From contig CAZVLL010000002.1 in NCBI GenBank assembly GCA_964628025.1, forward strand, positions 1,421-65,420: a DNA stretch of 64,000 nt, written 5' to 3'. The position numbers and the translations under genes are program-made. Positions 8,594 through 16,979 of this stretch are shown one piece after another. The stretch is from an uncultured Syntrophaceae bacterium (GTDB lineage Bacteria; Desulfobacterota; Syntrophia; Syntrophales; UBA2192). The notes under the pieces were generated by a model. That model was not told where the DNA came from and did not search any database. It saw nothing but the letters and a program-made list of their open reading frames with translations. The first letter of the stretch is position 1. Each line of letters starts with the position of its first letter.

Positions 8594-10201
8594 TTACTTC
8601 AACCACTTCTCCGCTTCTTTCCTGTACGCTTCCATGACGAACGGGATGCCGGTGACTTCCTCGCAATCGCGGGTGAGCGACATGAGGTCCTTGCGACCAA
8701 CAAGCGACAGGTTGAAATTGCGGCTTCCGGCCATGAGCTGCTGGAGGCCCTGTTTGAATTTCTGGCCGTAGGTGTAGAATCCGATGGCGCCCGTGGGCAT
8801 GCTGTCGAGTTCCTTGCCGTACTTCTTCCTGAGCTCCTCGTAGCTTACGAAAATCTCCTCCATGCTGCTGCCGAAGCGGGAGACCGTCTTGGGCAGGTCC
8901 TTGTTTTTGATCCACTCGCCGATGTTCTTGCCGACCATGCCGGGAATCATCAGCGCACGGCCCATGCAGACGGCCTTCACGTAGGGAGCTCCCAGGGCAA
9001 TCGCCTTGAAGACGCCGTCCTCGCTGGCAAAGCCGCCGGCGAAAGCGATATCGGGTACGCGTACTTTCTTCTTGGCGAGTTTCTGGCAGAACTCGTAGGT
9101 CAGCGCATGCAGGTACAGCGAGGGAATGCCCCACTCGCACATCATGGGCCAGGGGCTCATGCCCGTTCCGCCGGGGGCGCCGTCGATGGTGAGCAGGTCG
9201 ATCTTGGCGTCGGCGCAGAAGCGGATCGCCATGGCGAGCTCCACCATGGAGTAGGCGCCCGTCTTCAGGGTAATGCGCTTGTAGCCGAGCTTGCGCAGGC
9301 GCTGGACTTCCTTCATGAAGCCTTCACGCGTGACAAAGCCAAGGCGGCTGTGGCGCTCGAATTCCTTGATTGCGCCGGCCTTGTAGGCCGCTGCGACCTC
9401 GGGAAGCGTGGGATCGGGAAGCACGATGTAGCCGCGGCGCTTGAGCTCCTGGGCACGCTCCAGGGAAGGGATCTTGATTTCGCCGCCGATGTTCTTGGCG
9501 CCCTGCCCCCACTTCAGCTCGATGGTGTCGAGCTTGTGCTTGTCAATGACGTATTCGGCAACACCCAGGCGGGTATCCTCCACGTTCATCTGGACAAGGA
9601 TCTCACCGTAGCCGTCCCAGTAACGCTTGTAGGTGTTGATCCGTCGATCCATCTCGGGGGATTTCTTCACGAGACCGTTTGCGCCGCGCTCAAGCCCCGT
9701 GTCGATTCCGCAGACGTTCTCGCCGCAGACAATCGTGACGCCGGCGACGGCAGCGCCCGCCGAGAAGTGTTCCCAGTTCTTCCGGGCGATTTCCGTCGAG
9801 CCCAGCGCGCCCGTGAAGATGGGAAGTTTCATTTTGACCTTCTTCGTCCAGCCGTATTCCGTCTCGGTATCAACGGCGGGAAAGACGGCCGTGTCCGGCC
9901 CGGGCTTCACACCCTTGGGCAGGCCCTGGGCGCCGACGGCGTATCCCTGGATGCTCAGGTGAGAATAGTCCAGGGGATAGTTCTTGTCGGCACCGGCGGT
10001 CATGTTGCCGAATTCCTGTGGATAGAGCACCTCTCGGCCCCGGAACGTCGACAGCCAGATCTCGCAGCCGCCCCGGCAGCCGTCCACGCAGCGCGTGCAG
10101 ATGCCCGACATGGGGACCACGTTCCTCGAACGGTTAAAGGTCCCTGTCGCCTCATTCGCATTGGGTTGCCTCAAATTCATACGCTGGTCCTCCTTCTTCA
10201 T
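8594..10201 (-). CDS. FMN-binding glutamate synthase family protein (GltB domain-2-like) with an N-terminal Cys cluster
   Basis: 535 aa. N-terminal CTRCVDGCRGGCEIW. TIM-barrel GltS-FMN-like blocks (DGAPGGTGMSP, FAGGF). Confidence 0.8.
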   Translation of the reverse strand: MKKEDQRMNLRQPNANEATGTFNRSRNVVPMSGICTRCVDGCRGGCEIWLSTFRGREVLYPQEFGNMTAGADKNYPLDYSHLSIQGYAVGAQGLPKGVKPGPDTAVFPAVDTETEYGWTKKVKMKLPIFTGALGSTEIARKNWEHFSAGAAVAGVTIVCGENVCGIDTGLERGANGLVKKSPEMDRRINTYKRYWDGYGEILVQMNVEDTRLGVAEYVIDKHKLDTIELKWGQGAKNIGGEIKIPSLERAQELKRRGYIVLPDPTLPEVAAAYKAGAIKEFERHSRLGFVTREGFMKEVQRLRKLGYKRITLKTGAYSMVELAMAIRFCADAKIDLLTIDGAPGGTGMSPWPMMCEWGIPSLYLHALTYEFCQKLAKKKVRVPDIAFAGGFASEDGVFKAIALGAPYVKAVCMGRALMIPGMVGKNIGEWIKNKDLPKTVSRFGSSMEEIFVSYEELRKKYGKELDSMPTGAIGFYTYGQKFKQGLQQLMAGSRNFNLSLVGRKDLMSLTRDCEEVTGIPFVMEAYRKEAEKWLK

Positions 10202-10208
10202 CCTGCGG

Positions 10209-10272
10209 AAAATAAAAAAGGGCGCCCAATTGAGATTTGGACACCCTTATCCAAAAGTAACGGTTCCGTTAC
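10209..10272 (-). terminator. Two tandem terminator-like hairpins between the ANTAR regulator gene and the GltB-like gene
   Basis: In minus-strand RNA, GUAACG-GAAC-CGUUAC+UUUU lies at 10257-10272. A 12-bp stem AAGGGUGUCCAA/UUGGGCGCCCUU (10218-10248, two G-U pairs) is followed by UUUUAUUUU. Confidence 0.6.
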
Positions 10273-10290
10273 CAGAGTTACATAATCGTG

Positions 10291-11040
10291 TCAAGCACTT
10301 TCGTCAACGCCCCGCGAGATGATGATCGCCTCGGCGATCTGGCGCATGGGCCTTCTCATGTTCATGCTCATCTGCTGGATCTTCCGGTAGGCATCATCGC
10401 CGGCGATCCCGTTTTCGGCCGCCAGGATGTCTTTCGCCCGCTCGACGAGCTTGCGCGATTCCAGCTCTTCCTGAATGACGCGGCTCCGGACGAGAAGCTC
10501 CGTGTTCTCGATGGCGATGGCGGCCTGGTTGGCAATCGTCGTGAGGATCGTCACCTCCGGCTCCGTGAAATCGTGGGGCCGGGAGGTGTAGCAGTTGATG
10601 ACCCCGATCACCCTGTTCTTCACGGCCAGGGGCACGGAAAGAAGCGATACAAGCCCCTCTTTGCGGGCCATTTCGGGATAGAGATAGTCGTCTCTCTCCC
10701 GGACGTCACGGACGATGGCGGGCCGGTTTTCCGAGGCTACCTTTCCAATAACCCCTTTCCCGAGCTCAAGAATCCGCTTCTTGTTGTATTCCTTGCTGAT
10801 GCTTTGTGTGGCCTTGACGTGAAGCTTGCCGTCCTCGTCGATGAGCATGAGGGAACAAATTTTGGACTCCATGACCTCGGCGGTCACGGTAACGATGAGG
10901 CGGAGGATGTCCTCCAGGTACTTCTCTGAGGTGATCGCCCGGCTGATCGTGAGAAGCGCGCTGATCCTGCTTTCGGCGGAAGCGACCTTCCCGCCGGCAG
11001 GCTGCCCGCCGGATTGTTCCGATGTTTTTTTCCGACCCAT
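10291..11040 (-). CDS. GAF domain + ANTAR domain RNA-binding antitermination regulator
   Basis: Central GAF-like region. The C-terminal ANTAR motif is LESRKLVERAKDILAAENGIAGDDAYRKIQQMSMNMRRPMRQIAEAII. Confidence 0.85.
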   Translation of the reverse strand: MGRKKTSEQSGGQPAGGKVASAESRISALLTISRAITSEKYLEDILRLIVTVTAEVMESKICSLMLIDEDGKLHVKATQSISKEYNKKRILELGKGVIGKVASENRPAIVRDVRERDDYLYPEMARKEGLVSLLSVPLAVKNRVIGVINCYTSRPHDFTEPEVTILTTIANQAAIAIENTELLVRSRVIQEELESRKLVERAKDILAAENGIAGDDAYRKIQQMSMNMRRPMRQIAEAIIISRGVDESA

Positions 11041-11142
11041 AAACCGAAAGTCCCACCTGGGCCCGCGAACGGGCTCCGCTGCCCATTGCGATCTTGCTTC
11101 TGTTTTTTTATCGCACTGTCGGGCGGAAACGCAACAAAAATG

Positions 11143-11361
11143 TCATGTTGTTCTCCTGCCCGCTGTTCCTTCAGGCCGGCCTTTGATCTCAAACAGCATG
11201 CACGGTGCGCCGGAGTCCTTCAGCACGACCATGGCGGGCAGCTCCCGGGATTTGAAGCTCATGGCCCGGCAGCCGTACGGATAAGCCGGCTCGTGGGTGA
11301 TGAAAAAGTGCAGGCAGTCAAAACAGTTGTTTTTATGACTTCCTTCGTTGACGTTGCTCAC
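11143..11361 (-). CDS. Small conserved Cys-containing protein of unknown function
   Basis: 72-aa ORF directly upstream of the GAF-ANTAR gene on the same strand. The CFDCLHFFITHEPAYPYGCRAMSFKS motif resembles a widespread small-protein family I recall but cannot name. Confidence 0.5.
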   Translation of the reverse strand: MSNVNEGSHKNNCFDCLHFFITHEPAYPYGCRAMSFKSRELPAMVVLKDSGAPCMLFEIKGRPEGTAGRRTT

Positions 11362-11543
11362 ATTGTTCCTTACCGGGTACCGGACCGGATCCGCTCAAAC
11401 CCGGATTCAGGGTTGAGAATTCGAAGCATTCGTGATAGTTGGCACACGGGCAAGCCGTGCCTCCTGCCGTCAAGGATGGCAAATATCATGCCGAGGACCC
11501 TGGAGGCAGGACTGAGGAAGTAATTTTTTCTTTAGGAGTCAAC

Positions 11544-12611
11544 ATGGAATTCAAAAACCTTTTGGTGACCGGCGGCTGCGGGTTCATCGGCAGCAACTTT
11601 ATCCGCTATCTGCTGGAAAGATCGGACTTCACCGGACGAATCGTGAATGTCGACAAGCTGACCTACGCGGGCAATCCCGAGAACCTGCAGGATCTCGAGC
11701 AACGCTTCCCTGGCCGCTACGTCTTCCTGCGGGAGGACATCTGCAGCCTTGAACGGATGGACGCGATTTTCCCCGACTTCGGCATCGACGCCGTCTGCCA
11801 CTTCGCCGCCGAATCTCATGTAGACCGCTCCATCAAGCGGCCGGCCGAGTTCATCTTCACGAACATCGTGGGCACGTTCAACCTCCTCGAGGCGGCACGC
11901 AACCATGCCGATCATTTCAGTCTCTTCCACCATGTCAGCACCGACGAAGTCTACGGGAGTCTGGGCAAGGAAGGCCTCTTCACCGAAACGATGCCCTACA
12001 AGCCCAACAGCCCCTACAGCGCATCCAAGGCATCGTCGGATCACCTGGTGAGGGCCTATTTCAAGACCTACGGGCTTCCCGTCACGATCTCCAACTGCTC
12101 CAACAACTACGGCCCCTGGCAGTTCCCGGAAAAGCTGATCCCACTCATCACGATGAATGCCCTGGAGGGAAAACCGCTTCCGGTGTACGGCGACGGGAAG
12201 AATGTCCGCGACTGGCTCTACGTGGAGGATCACTGCGAGGCCATCTGGACGATCATGAAGAAGGGACGCCGCGGCGAAACCTACAACGTCGGCGGCAACT
12301 CCGAAGAAGAAAACATCGCCGTGGTCCATGCCATCTGCGATATCCTCGACGAAATCCGCCCGTGGGAAGGCGGCAGGTCCCGGCGGGATCTGGTCACGTT
12401 CGTCAAGGACCGGCCGGGGCACGATTGGCGCTATGCCATCGATTCCCGGAAACTGCAGTCGGAGCTGGGCTGGTCGCCCCGCGAATCCTTCCAAACGGGC
12501 ATGCGGAAGACGATCCTCTGGTACCTGGAAAACAACGAATGGATCACGCGTGTACGCAGCGGAGAATATCTTCGCTGGATCAACGAGCATTACGGCGCGA
12601 CGGGCGGATGA
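11544..12611 (+). CDS. rfbB: dTDP-glucose 4,6-dehydratase
   Basis: MEFKNLLVTGGCGFIGSNF, YSASKASSDH and the typical RfbB C-terminus. AGGAG lies 6 nt upstream of the ATG at 11544 (trimmed from track start 11439). Confidence 0.9.
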   Translation: MEFKNLLVTGGCGFIGSNFIRYLLERSDFTGRIVNVDKLTYAGNPENLQDLEQRFPGRYVFLREDICSLERMDAIFPDFGIDAVCHFAAESHVDRSIKRPAEFIFTNIVGTFNLLEAARNHADHFSLFHHVSTDEVYGSLGKEGLFTETMPYKPNSPYSASKASSDHLVRAYFKTYGLPVTISNCSNNYGPWQFPEKLIPLITMNALEGKPLPVYGDGKNVRDWLYVEDHCEAIWTIMKKGRRGETYNVGGNSEEENIAVVHAICDILDEIRPWEGGRSRRDLVTFVKDRPGHDWRYAIDSRKLQSELGWSPRESFQTGMRKTILWYLENNEWITRVRSGEYLRWINEHYGATGG

Positions 12612-12721
12612 ACCCGTTTTCATCAATCCTGCCCGTTGAATTGTCTCGGGAATTGATGTAAGAAGATAGATTGCGAATCCATCCGCATCTGCTTTCCAAT
12701 CGGCCGGAAGGGGGAGACGTT

Positions 12722-13822
12722 TTGAGGAAGGTCCGGATAGCAATCGTCGGCATCGGGAACTGCGCCTCGTCCCTGATCCAGGGGATCGAGTATTACCGGA
12801 AAAAATCTCCGAAGGACATCATCGGGCTGATGCACTGGAGCGTCGGCGGCTATCGGCCTTCCGACATTGAAGTCGTCTGCGCCTTCGATATCGACCGCCG
12901 CAAAGTGGGAAAGGACGTCGCCGAGGCCATCTTCCTGCCCCCGAACTGCACAACCGCCTTCCAGCCCCGGATCCCGAAAACAGGCGCCAGGGTGAAGATG
13001 GGAAAGGTGCTCGACAGTTTTGCCCCCCACATGAACCAGTTCGACCCCCGATTCACCTTCGTGCTCGCCAGAGAGAAGGAAGCCACGAAGAAGGTTGTAG
13101 TGGGCGCTCTGAAAGATTCGGGCGCGGAGATCCTCCTCAACTACCTGCCGGCCGGCTCCGAAGAGGCAACCCGGTTCTACGCGGACTGCGCACTCGATGC
13201 GGGCGTTGCCTTCATCAACAACATCCCCGTCTTCATCGCCAGCGATCCGGTATGGGCAGCGCGCTTCGAAAAGAAGGGCCTTCCGATCATCGGAGACGAC
13301 GTCAAGTCGCAGCTTGGGGCCACCATCATCCACCGGGTGCTGACACACCTGTTCGATATGCGGGGGGTGAAACTCGAGAGGACCTACCAGCTCAACACGG
13401 GGGGAAACACCGACTTCCTCAACATGCTCGACCGCAGCCGGCTCAAATCGAAACGGATCTCCAAAACCGAAGCCGTTCAGTCCCAGGCCGGAAAGAGGCT
13501 GGCCCCGGAAAACATCCACATCGGACCCAGCGACTGGGTGGCCTGGCAGAAAGACAACAAAGTCTGCTTTTTGCGAATGGAGGGGAAGATCTTCGGAGAT
13601 GTACCCATGAATCTGGAAATGCGACTCTCCGTGGAGGACTCGCCCAATTCGGGCGGGGTGGTCATCGACGCCATCCGCTGCTGCAAAATTGCCCTCGACA
13701 GGGGCATCGGCGGGATCCTCTACGGCCCCTCGGCCTATTTCATGAAACACCCGCCCCGGCAGCATACCGACGAGGAAGCCTGCCTTCTCACGGATGAATT
13801 CATCCGAGGCAAGGTCAAATAA
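12722..13822 (+). CDS. ino1: Inositol-3-phosphate (myo-inositol-1-phosphate) synthase, bacterial/actinobacterial type
   Basis: VRIAIVGIGNCASSLIQGIEYY, YLPVGSEEA-like, GDDVKSQLGATIIHRVL and SPNSGGVVIDAIRCCKIALDRGIGG align closely with remembered Ino1 sequences. Proposed TTG start at 12722 after GGGGGAG. Confidence 0.85.
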   Translation: MRKVRIAIVGIGNCASSLIQGIEYYRKKSPKDIIGLMHWSVGGYRPSDIEVVCAFDIDRRKVGKDVAEAIFLPPNCTTAFQPRIPKTGARVKMGKVLDSFAPHMNQFDPRFTFVLAREKEATKKVVVGALKDSGAEILLNYLPAGSEEATRFYADCALDAGVAFINNIPVFIASDPVWAARFEKKGLPIIGDDVKSQLGATIIHRVLTHLFDMRGVKLERTYQLNTGGNTDFLNMLDRSRLKSKRISKTEAVQSQAGKRLAPENIHIGPSDWVAWQKDNKVCFLRMEGKIFGDVPMNLEMRLSVEDSPNSGGVVIDAIRCCKIALDRGIGGILYGPSAYFMKHPPRQHTDEEACLLTDEFIRGKVK

Positions 13823-13893
13823 ATCCCTAGGTCTGCACGATCTGACATAACGGTATCAGGTGACAGGTGTCAGGTATCAGAGATGGAATCCTG

Positions 13894-14727
13894 TTACCTG
13901 TTACCCGATCTCTTCACGAGCCTCGCATCCAGTGGATCCGTTTGCTTCAGAATTTCCTGCATCGCTCTCTGTATCTTCCCGTTCGTCGCGAGAATGTGGG
14001 AAGAATATAGATCGAACGGCCCACCGAACAGATCGGTCACGGCTCCTCCTGCCTCGGTGACCATGAGGCAGCCTGCCGCCGTATCCCAGGGATGGAGTTT
14101 CAGTTCCCAGAATCCATCAAAGCGGCCCGCCGCAACATAGGCCAGGTCCAGGGCCGCCGCCCCTGCCCGCCGGATGGCCTGAGCCCGAACGGCCATGGAA
14201 ACGAAGTAGTTGATGTTGTTGTCGGGGTTGACGCGGATGTCATAGGGAAAACCCGTAGAAAGAAGACTTTTCGAGAGATCGGCCGTCGCGGAAACGGCGA
14301 GGCGACGCCCATTCAGGAAGGCTCCCCGGCCGCGCTCGACGACGAAGAGCTCCTCCAGCATCGGGTTGCAGATTGCCCCCAGGATCACTTCCCCGTCGTG
14401 TTGCAGGGCAATCGATACGCAGAACACGGGGTACTGGTGGGCATAGTTCGTGGTTCCGTCCAGCGGATCAATGATCCAGGTGTACTCCTTTTTCTCCGCA
14501 ACGCCCCTCGTTTCTTCGGCCAGGATTCCATGGCCCGGGAACGCTTTCTCGATGCGTGAGATCAGCCGCGCCTCGCATCCCCGGTCGACCTCCGTCACGA
14601 GGTCGATTTCTCCCTTGTAGGTGATATCGTGTTTCTCGTGGAATTTTTCTTTCAGGAACCGTCCCGCCTCAAGGGCTATCTCTGCAGCAAACTCTTGATA
14701 GGATCCCATATTCACCATCCGGATCAT
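13894..14727 (-). CDS. suhB: Inositol monophosphatase family protein
   Basis: IMPase motifs: EE..G, WIIDPLDGTTNY and HPWDTAAG. The alternative start at 14709 (MGSYQEF) is at least as likely. Confidence 0.85.
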   Translation of the reverse strand: MIRMVNMGSYQEFAAEIALEAGRFLKEKFHEKHDITYKGEIDLVTEVDRGCEARLISRIEKAFPGHGILAEETRGVAEKKEYTWIIDPLDGTTNYAHQYPVFCVSIALQHDGEVILGAICNPMLEELFVVERGRGAFLNGRRLAVSATADLSKSLLSTGFPYDIRVNPDNNINYFVSMAVRAQAIRRAGAAALDLAYVAAGRFDGFWELKLHPWDTAAGCLMVTEAGGAVTDLFGGPFDLYSSHILATNGKIQRAMQEILKQTDPLDARLVKRSGNR

Positions 14728-14916
14728 GTTGAAAGCGGTTCACCTTATCGTATTCGGACGGGCAAGAAAAGAGAAAAACCGTCTCGTTCACCGTGAGAAA
14801 GTAAAGGCCGCGATCCGCCCTCCAAAGGCGGGACTTTTTCTGTTGCGCACCCCGCAAATTGGTGATACGACTAGCCAAAATGCGCGAATCCGGGGAGAAA
14901 CAGAAAAGGCATCACC

Positions 14917-15870
14917 GTGGAAAAAACGGAGAACAAACCAGATGAGTTCTTCCTGGAGCTGAAAGGCCTCCGGGAATCGAAGGGCATCCGGTTCGAAGAC
15001 ATGTCCCGCCGGTTCAAAATCCGGCAGTCCTTCCTGGAGGCCATCGAAAGCGGCAATTTCGAGGAGCTGCCGGAGCCCGTATACACGAAGACCTTCATCA
15101 AATGTTATGCCGGTCTTCTGGGAGCCGATGCCGGTCCTATCCTGGCCCGATACGCGAAACACATCGAAAAAACGATACCTTCCCCCCAACCGGAAGCGCC
15201 GAAGGAAGAGGTTCGAGGTCCCCGTGCGGAAAAATCCGCCCTGGACCGGCTGGAAAACCTTGGAAGTCCTCGCGCACGGGCTTTGCTGGCCCTGGCCCTG
15301 ATCATCATCCTGGGATTTTACTTTTTCCAGGACAGCGACAGGAAGCCCGTACCGGCGGGAACGATGTCCCGGGAGGCTGTAACGCAGCCGGAAAAACCGG
15401 TGGAGGCAAAGCCTCCCGAAGCACCACCCGTGCCCCCGGCACAGCAGCCGGAAGCGCCCCCGGCACAGCCCGCAGCGCCGCAACCGGTCCCTGTTCAAAC
15501 AGCGGCCGAGGAACCGAAAAAGCCGGAAGCCCGGCCTCCTGAGGAGAAGAAGGACTTCCCGGTGCAGGCAATGCCGGTCACGGGGGCTCTCAGCCTGACG
15601 ATCGAGGCTACCGAGGCGGCCTGGGTACAGGTGAAGGCCGACAAAGCACCGGCCGTCCAAAAGCTTCTGCAGGCAGGGGATACACTGAATATCGAAGCAA
15701 AAGACAGGTTCGCCGTCGATCTCGGCAATGCCGGCGGTGTCCGGATTACCTTCCAGGGACAATCCCTCGGAAGCCCCGGCAAGCGAGGTGAGGTAGTTCA
15801 CCTGGTTTACCCGGAGGGCAAACGGATCGAGAAAAAAACCGAGGCGCCGCCGAGACCGGCCGCGGAATAA
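14917..15870 (+). CDS. rodZ: RodZ-like cytoskeleton protein (HTH, TM helix, Pro-rich linker, DUF4115-like C-terminus)
   Basis: N-terminal HTH (LRESKGIRFEDMSRRFKIRQSFLEAIE), a TM helix (ALLALALIIILGFYFF), a P/A/E-rich linker and a beta-rich C-terminus. GTG start. Confidence 0.75.
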   Translation: MEKTENKPDEFFLELKGLRESKGIRFEDMSRRFKIRQSFLEAIESGNFEELPEPVYTKTFIKCYAGLLGADAGPILARYAKHIEKTIPSPQPEAPKEEVRGPRAEKSALDRLENLGSPRARALLALALIIILGFYFFQDSDRKPVPAGTMSREAVTQPEKPVEAKPPEAPPVPPAQQPEAPPAQPAAPQPVPVQTAAEEPKKPEARPPEEKKDFPVQAMPVTGALSLTIEATEAAWVQVKADKAPAVQKLLQAGDTLNIEAKDRFAVDLGNAGGVRITFQGQSLGSPGKRGEVVHLVYPEGKRIEKKTEAPPRPAAE

Positions 15871-15925
15871 ATTCGTGTCAAAGCTCTCTGCCTCACGGGG
15901 CAGGACGTCTCAGATATAAGGAGAT

Positions 15926-16117
15926 ATGCCTATGTTTGGATTGGGAATGCCAGAATTGATCGTCATCCTCGTTATTATCCTGATTGTCTTCGGGGCGGGA
16001 AAACTTCCGGAAATCGGGGGCGCCATCGGCAAAGGAATCAGGAATTTCAAGAAATCATCAAAGGAAGGCGAAGAGGAAGCCGAAGCGAAGAAACTAGAGG
16101 AAAAAAAGCAGGGCTGA
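15926..16117 (+). CDS. tatA: Twin-arginine translocase subunit TatA/E
   Basis: [41 protein letters not shown] is canonical TatA. Confidence 0.9.
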   Translation: MPMFGLGMPELIVILVIILIVFGAGKLPEIGGAIGKGIRNFKKSSKEGEEEAEAKKLEEKKQG

Positions 16118-16140
16118 TTTTTTCCACGAGACGATACAAG

Positions 16141-16166
16141 AAAGCCCGGTCGATCAACCGGGCTTT
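16141..16166. terminator. Bidirectional rho-independent terminator between tatA and ssb
   Basis: Perfect 10-bp stem AAAGCCCGGT/ACCGGGCTTT with a 6-nt loop, flanked by a T-rich run on the plus side and an A-rich run upstream. Confidence 0.7.
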
Positions 16167-16201
16167 CTTTCTTCAGATTTCCCTTGGCCTTTCGACTGTC
16201 T

Positions 16202-16624
16202 CTAGAATGGCACATCCTCGTCGGGAGCCTGCTCGCCCCCGCCGTAAGGCGGCATCCCGCTACCGCCGTCGGCGCCGGCTGTATCGCGGCTGCCGCCTCC
16301 TTTCGATTCCAGCATCTGCATATTGGAAGCGACGATCTCCGTCATATACCTTTTCTGGCCTTCCTTGTCTTCCCATGATCGGGTCTGCAGTTTCCCTTCG
16401 ATGAAGACCAGTCGGCCCTTGGAGAGGTAATTCCCGCATATCTCCGCGAGTTTTCGGAACGTCACGACCCGGTGCCACTCGGTCTTCTGAACCTTTTCCC
16501 CGCTCTTGTCCTTCCACTGCTCGTCCGTGGCGATGCGCAGGGTCGTCACCATCGTCCCGTCCTGCATGTAGCGCACTTCGGGATCCGCCCCGAGCCTGCC
16601 GATCAGGATGACCTTGTTGACCAT
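16202..16624 (-). CDS. ssb: Single-stranded DNA-binding protein
   Basis: [21 protein letters not shown]-fold N-terminus, a Gly-rich linker and an acidic tail ending DEDVPF. Confidence 0.95.
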   Translation of the reverse strand: MVNKVILIGRLGADPEVRYMQDGTMVTTLRIATDEQWKDKSGEKVQKTEWHRVVTFRKLAEICGNYLSKGRLVFIEGKLQTRSWEDKEGQKRYMTEIVASNMQMLESKGGGSRDTAGADGGSGMPPYGGGEQAPDEDVPF

Positions 16625-16743
16625 GTTCTCCCTCCTTCTTGGAATCCGTGTTGCCTCAGCATAATGACGTGCGGACTATACATCAAATCGTTTTCTGACT
16701 CAACACAAACGGCACGCAAGCCGCCGGAAACGGGATTCTTTGT

Positions 16744-16772
16744 TTGACTTCACTTCTCAGATCAAGTAGAAA
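16744..16772 (+). promoter_or_regulatory. Candidate promoter for the small ORF-uppP unit (TTGACT-17 nt-TAGAAA)
   Basis: TTGACT at 16744-16749, a 17-nt spacer and TAGAAA at 16767-16772. The -10 element is weak. Confidence 0.3.
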
Positions 16773-16811
16773 TACCCGAATTATCGCAACCTTTACTTAT
16801 TCAGGGCATTT

Positions 16812-16979
16812 ATGTTCCGATTGGCCATTCTGGTCATTCTGGGGACGGCAATCACCGCCTTCGTCTCTTTTTTCATTTTCGTTTCGTTCCCTCTCTTTCC
16901 ACGGGGGGAATACACCGTCGCCTCGCATGACGATCTCCAAAAGCGCGGCCCGGCCATGAAACGTAAGGAAGCTGCATGA
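16812..16979 (+). CDS. Small (55 aa) predicted membrane protein, translationally coupled to uppP
   Basis: Not in the ORF track (below its cutoff). MFRLAILVILGTAITAFVSFFIFVSFPLF.. contains one TM helix. Its TGA overlaps the uppP ATG (ATGA at 16976-16979). Confidence 0.4.
   Translation: MFRLAILVILGTAITAFVSFFIFVSFPLFPRGEYTVASHDDLQKRGPAMKRKEAA

Noticed and set aside
8549-10285. 578-aa plus-strand ORF opposite the GltB-like gene
   Set aside because: An antisense shadow ORF (A/G/L/R/D-rich with no motifs). The minus-strand product has convincing glutamate-synthase FMN-domain blocks.
11532-13765. 403-aa and 380-aa minus-strand ORFs opposite rfbB and ino1
   Set aside because: Both are antisense to highly recognisable enzymes and have shadow-ORF composition.
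14729-14840. Candidate small RNA or 5' attenuator upstream of rodZ (weak TTGAAA-16-TATTCG promoter; hairpin CCGCC-CTCCAAA-GGCGG followed by ACTTTTT at 14815-14839)
   Set aside because: The stem is only 5-6 bp, the -10 element is poor and no supporting conservation can be assessed. The evidence is too weak to call.
14788-15801. 337-aa minus-strand ORF opposite rodZ, and multiple alternative-frame ORFs in the Pro-rich linker
   Set aside because: Arg/Cys/Leu-rich nonsense composition. The plus-strand frame has the HTH-TM-DUF4115 architecture.
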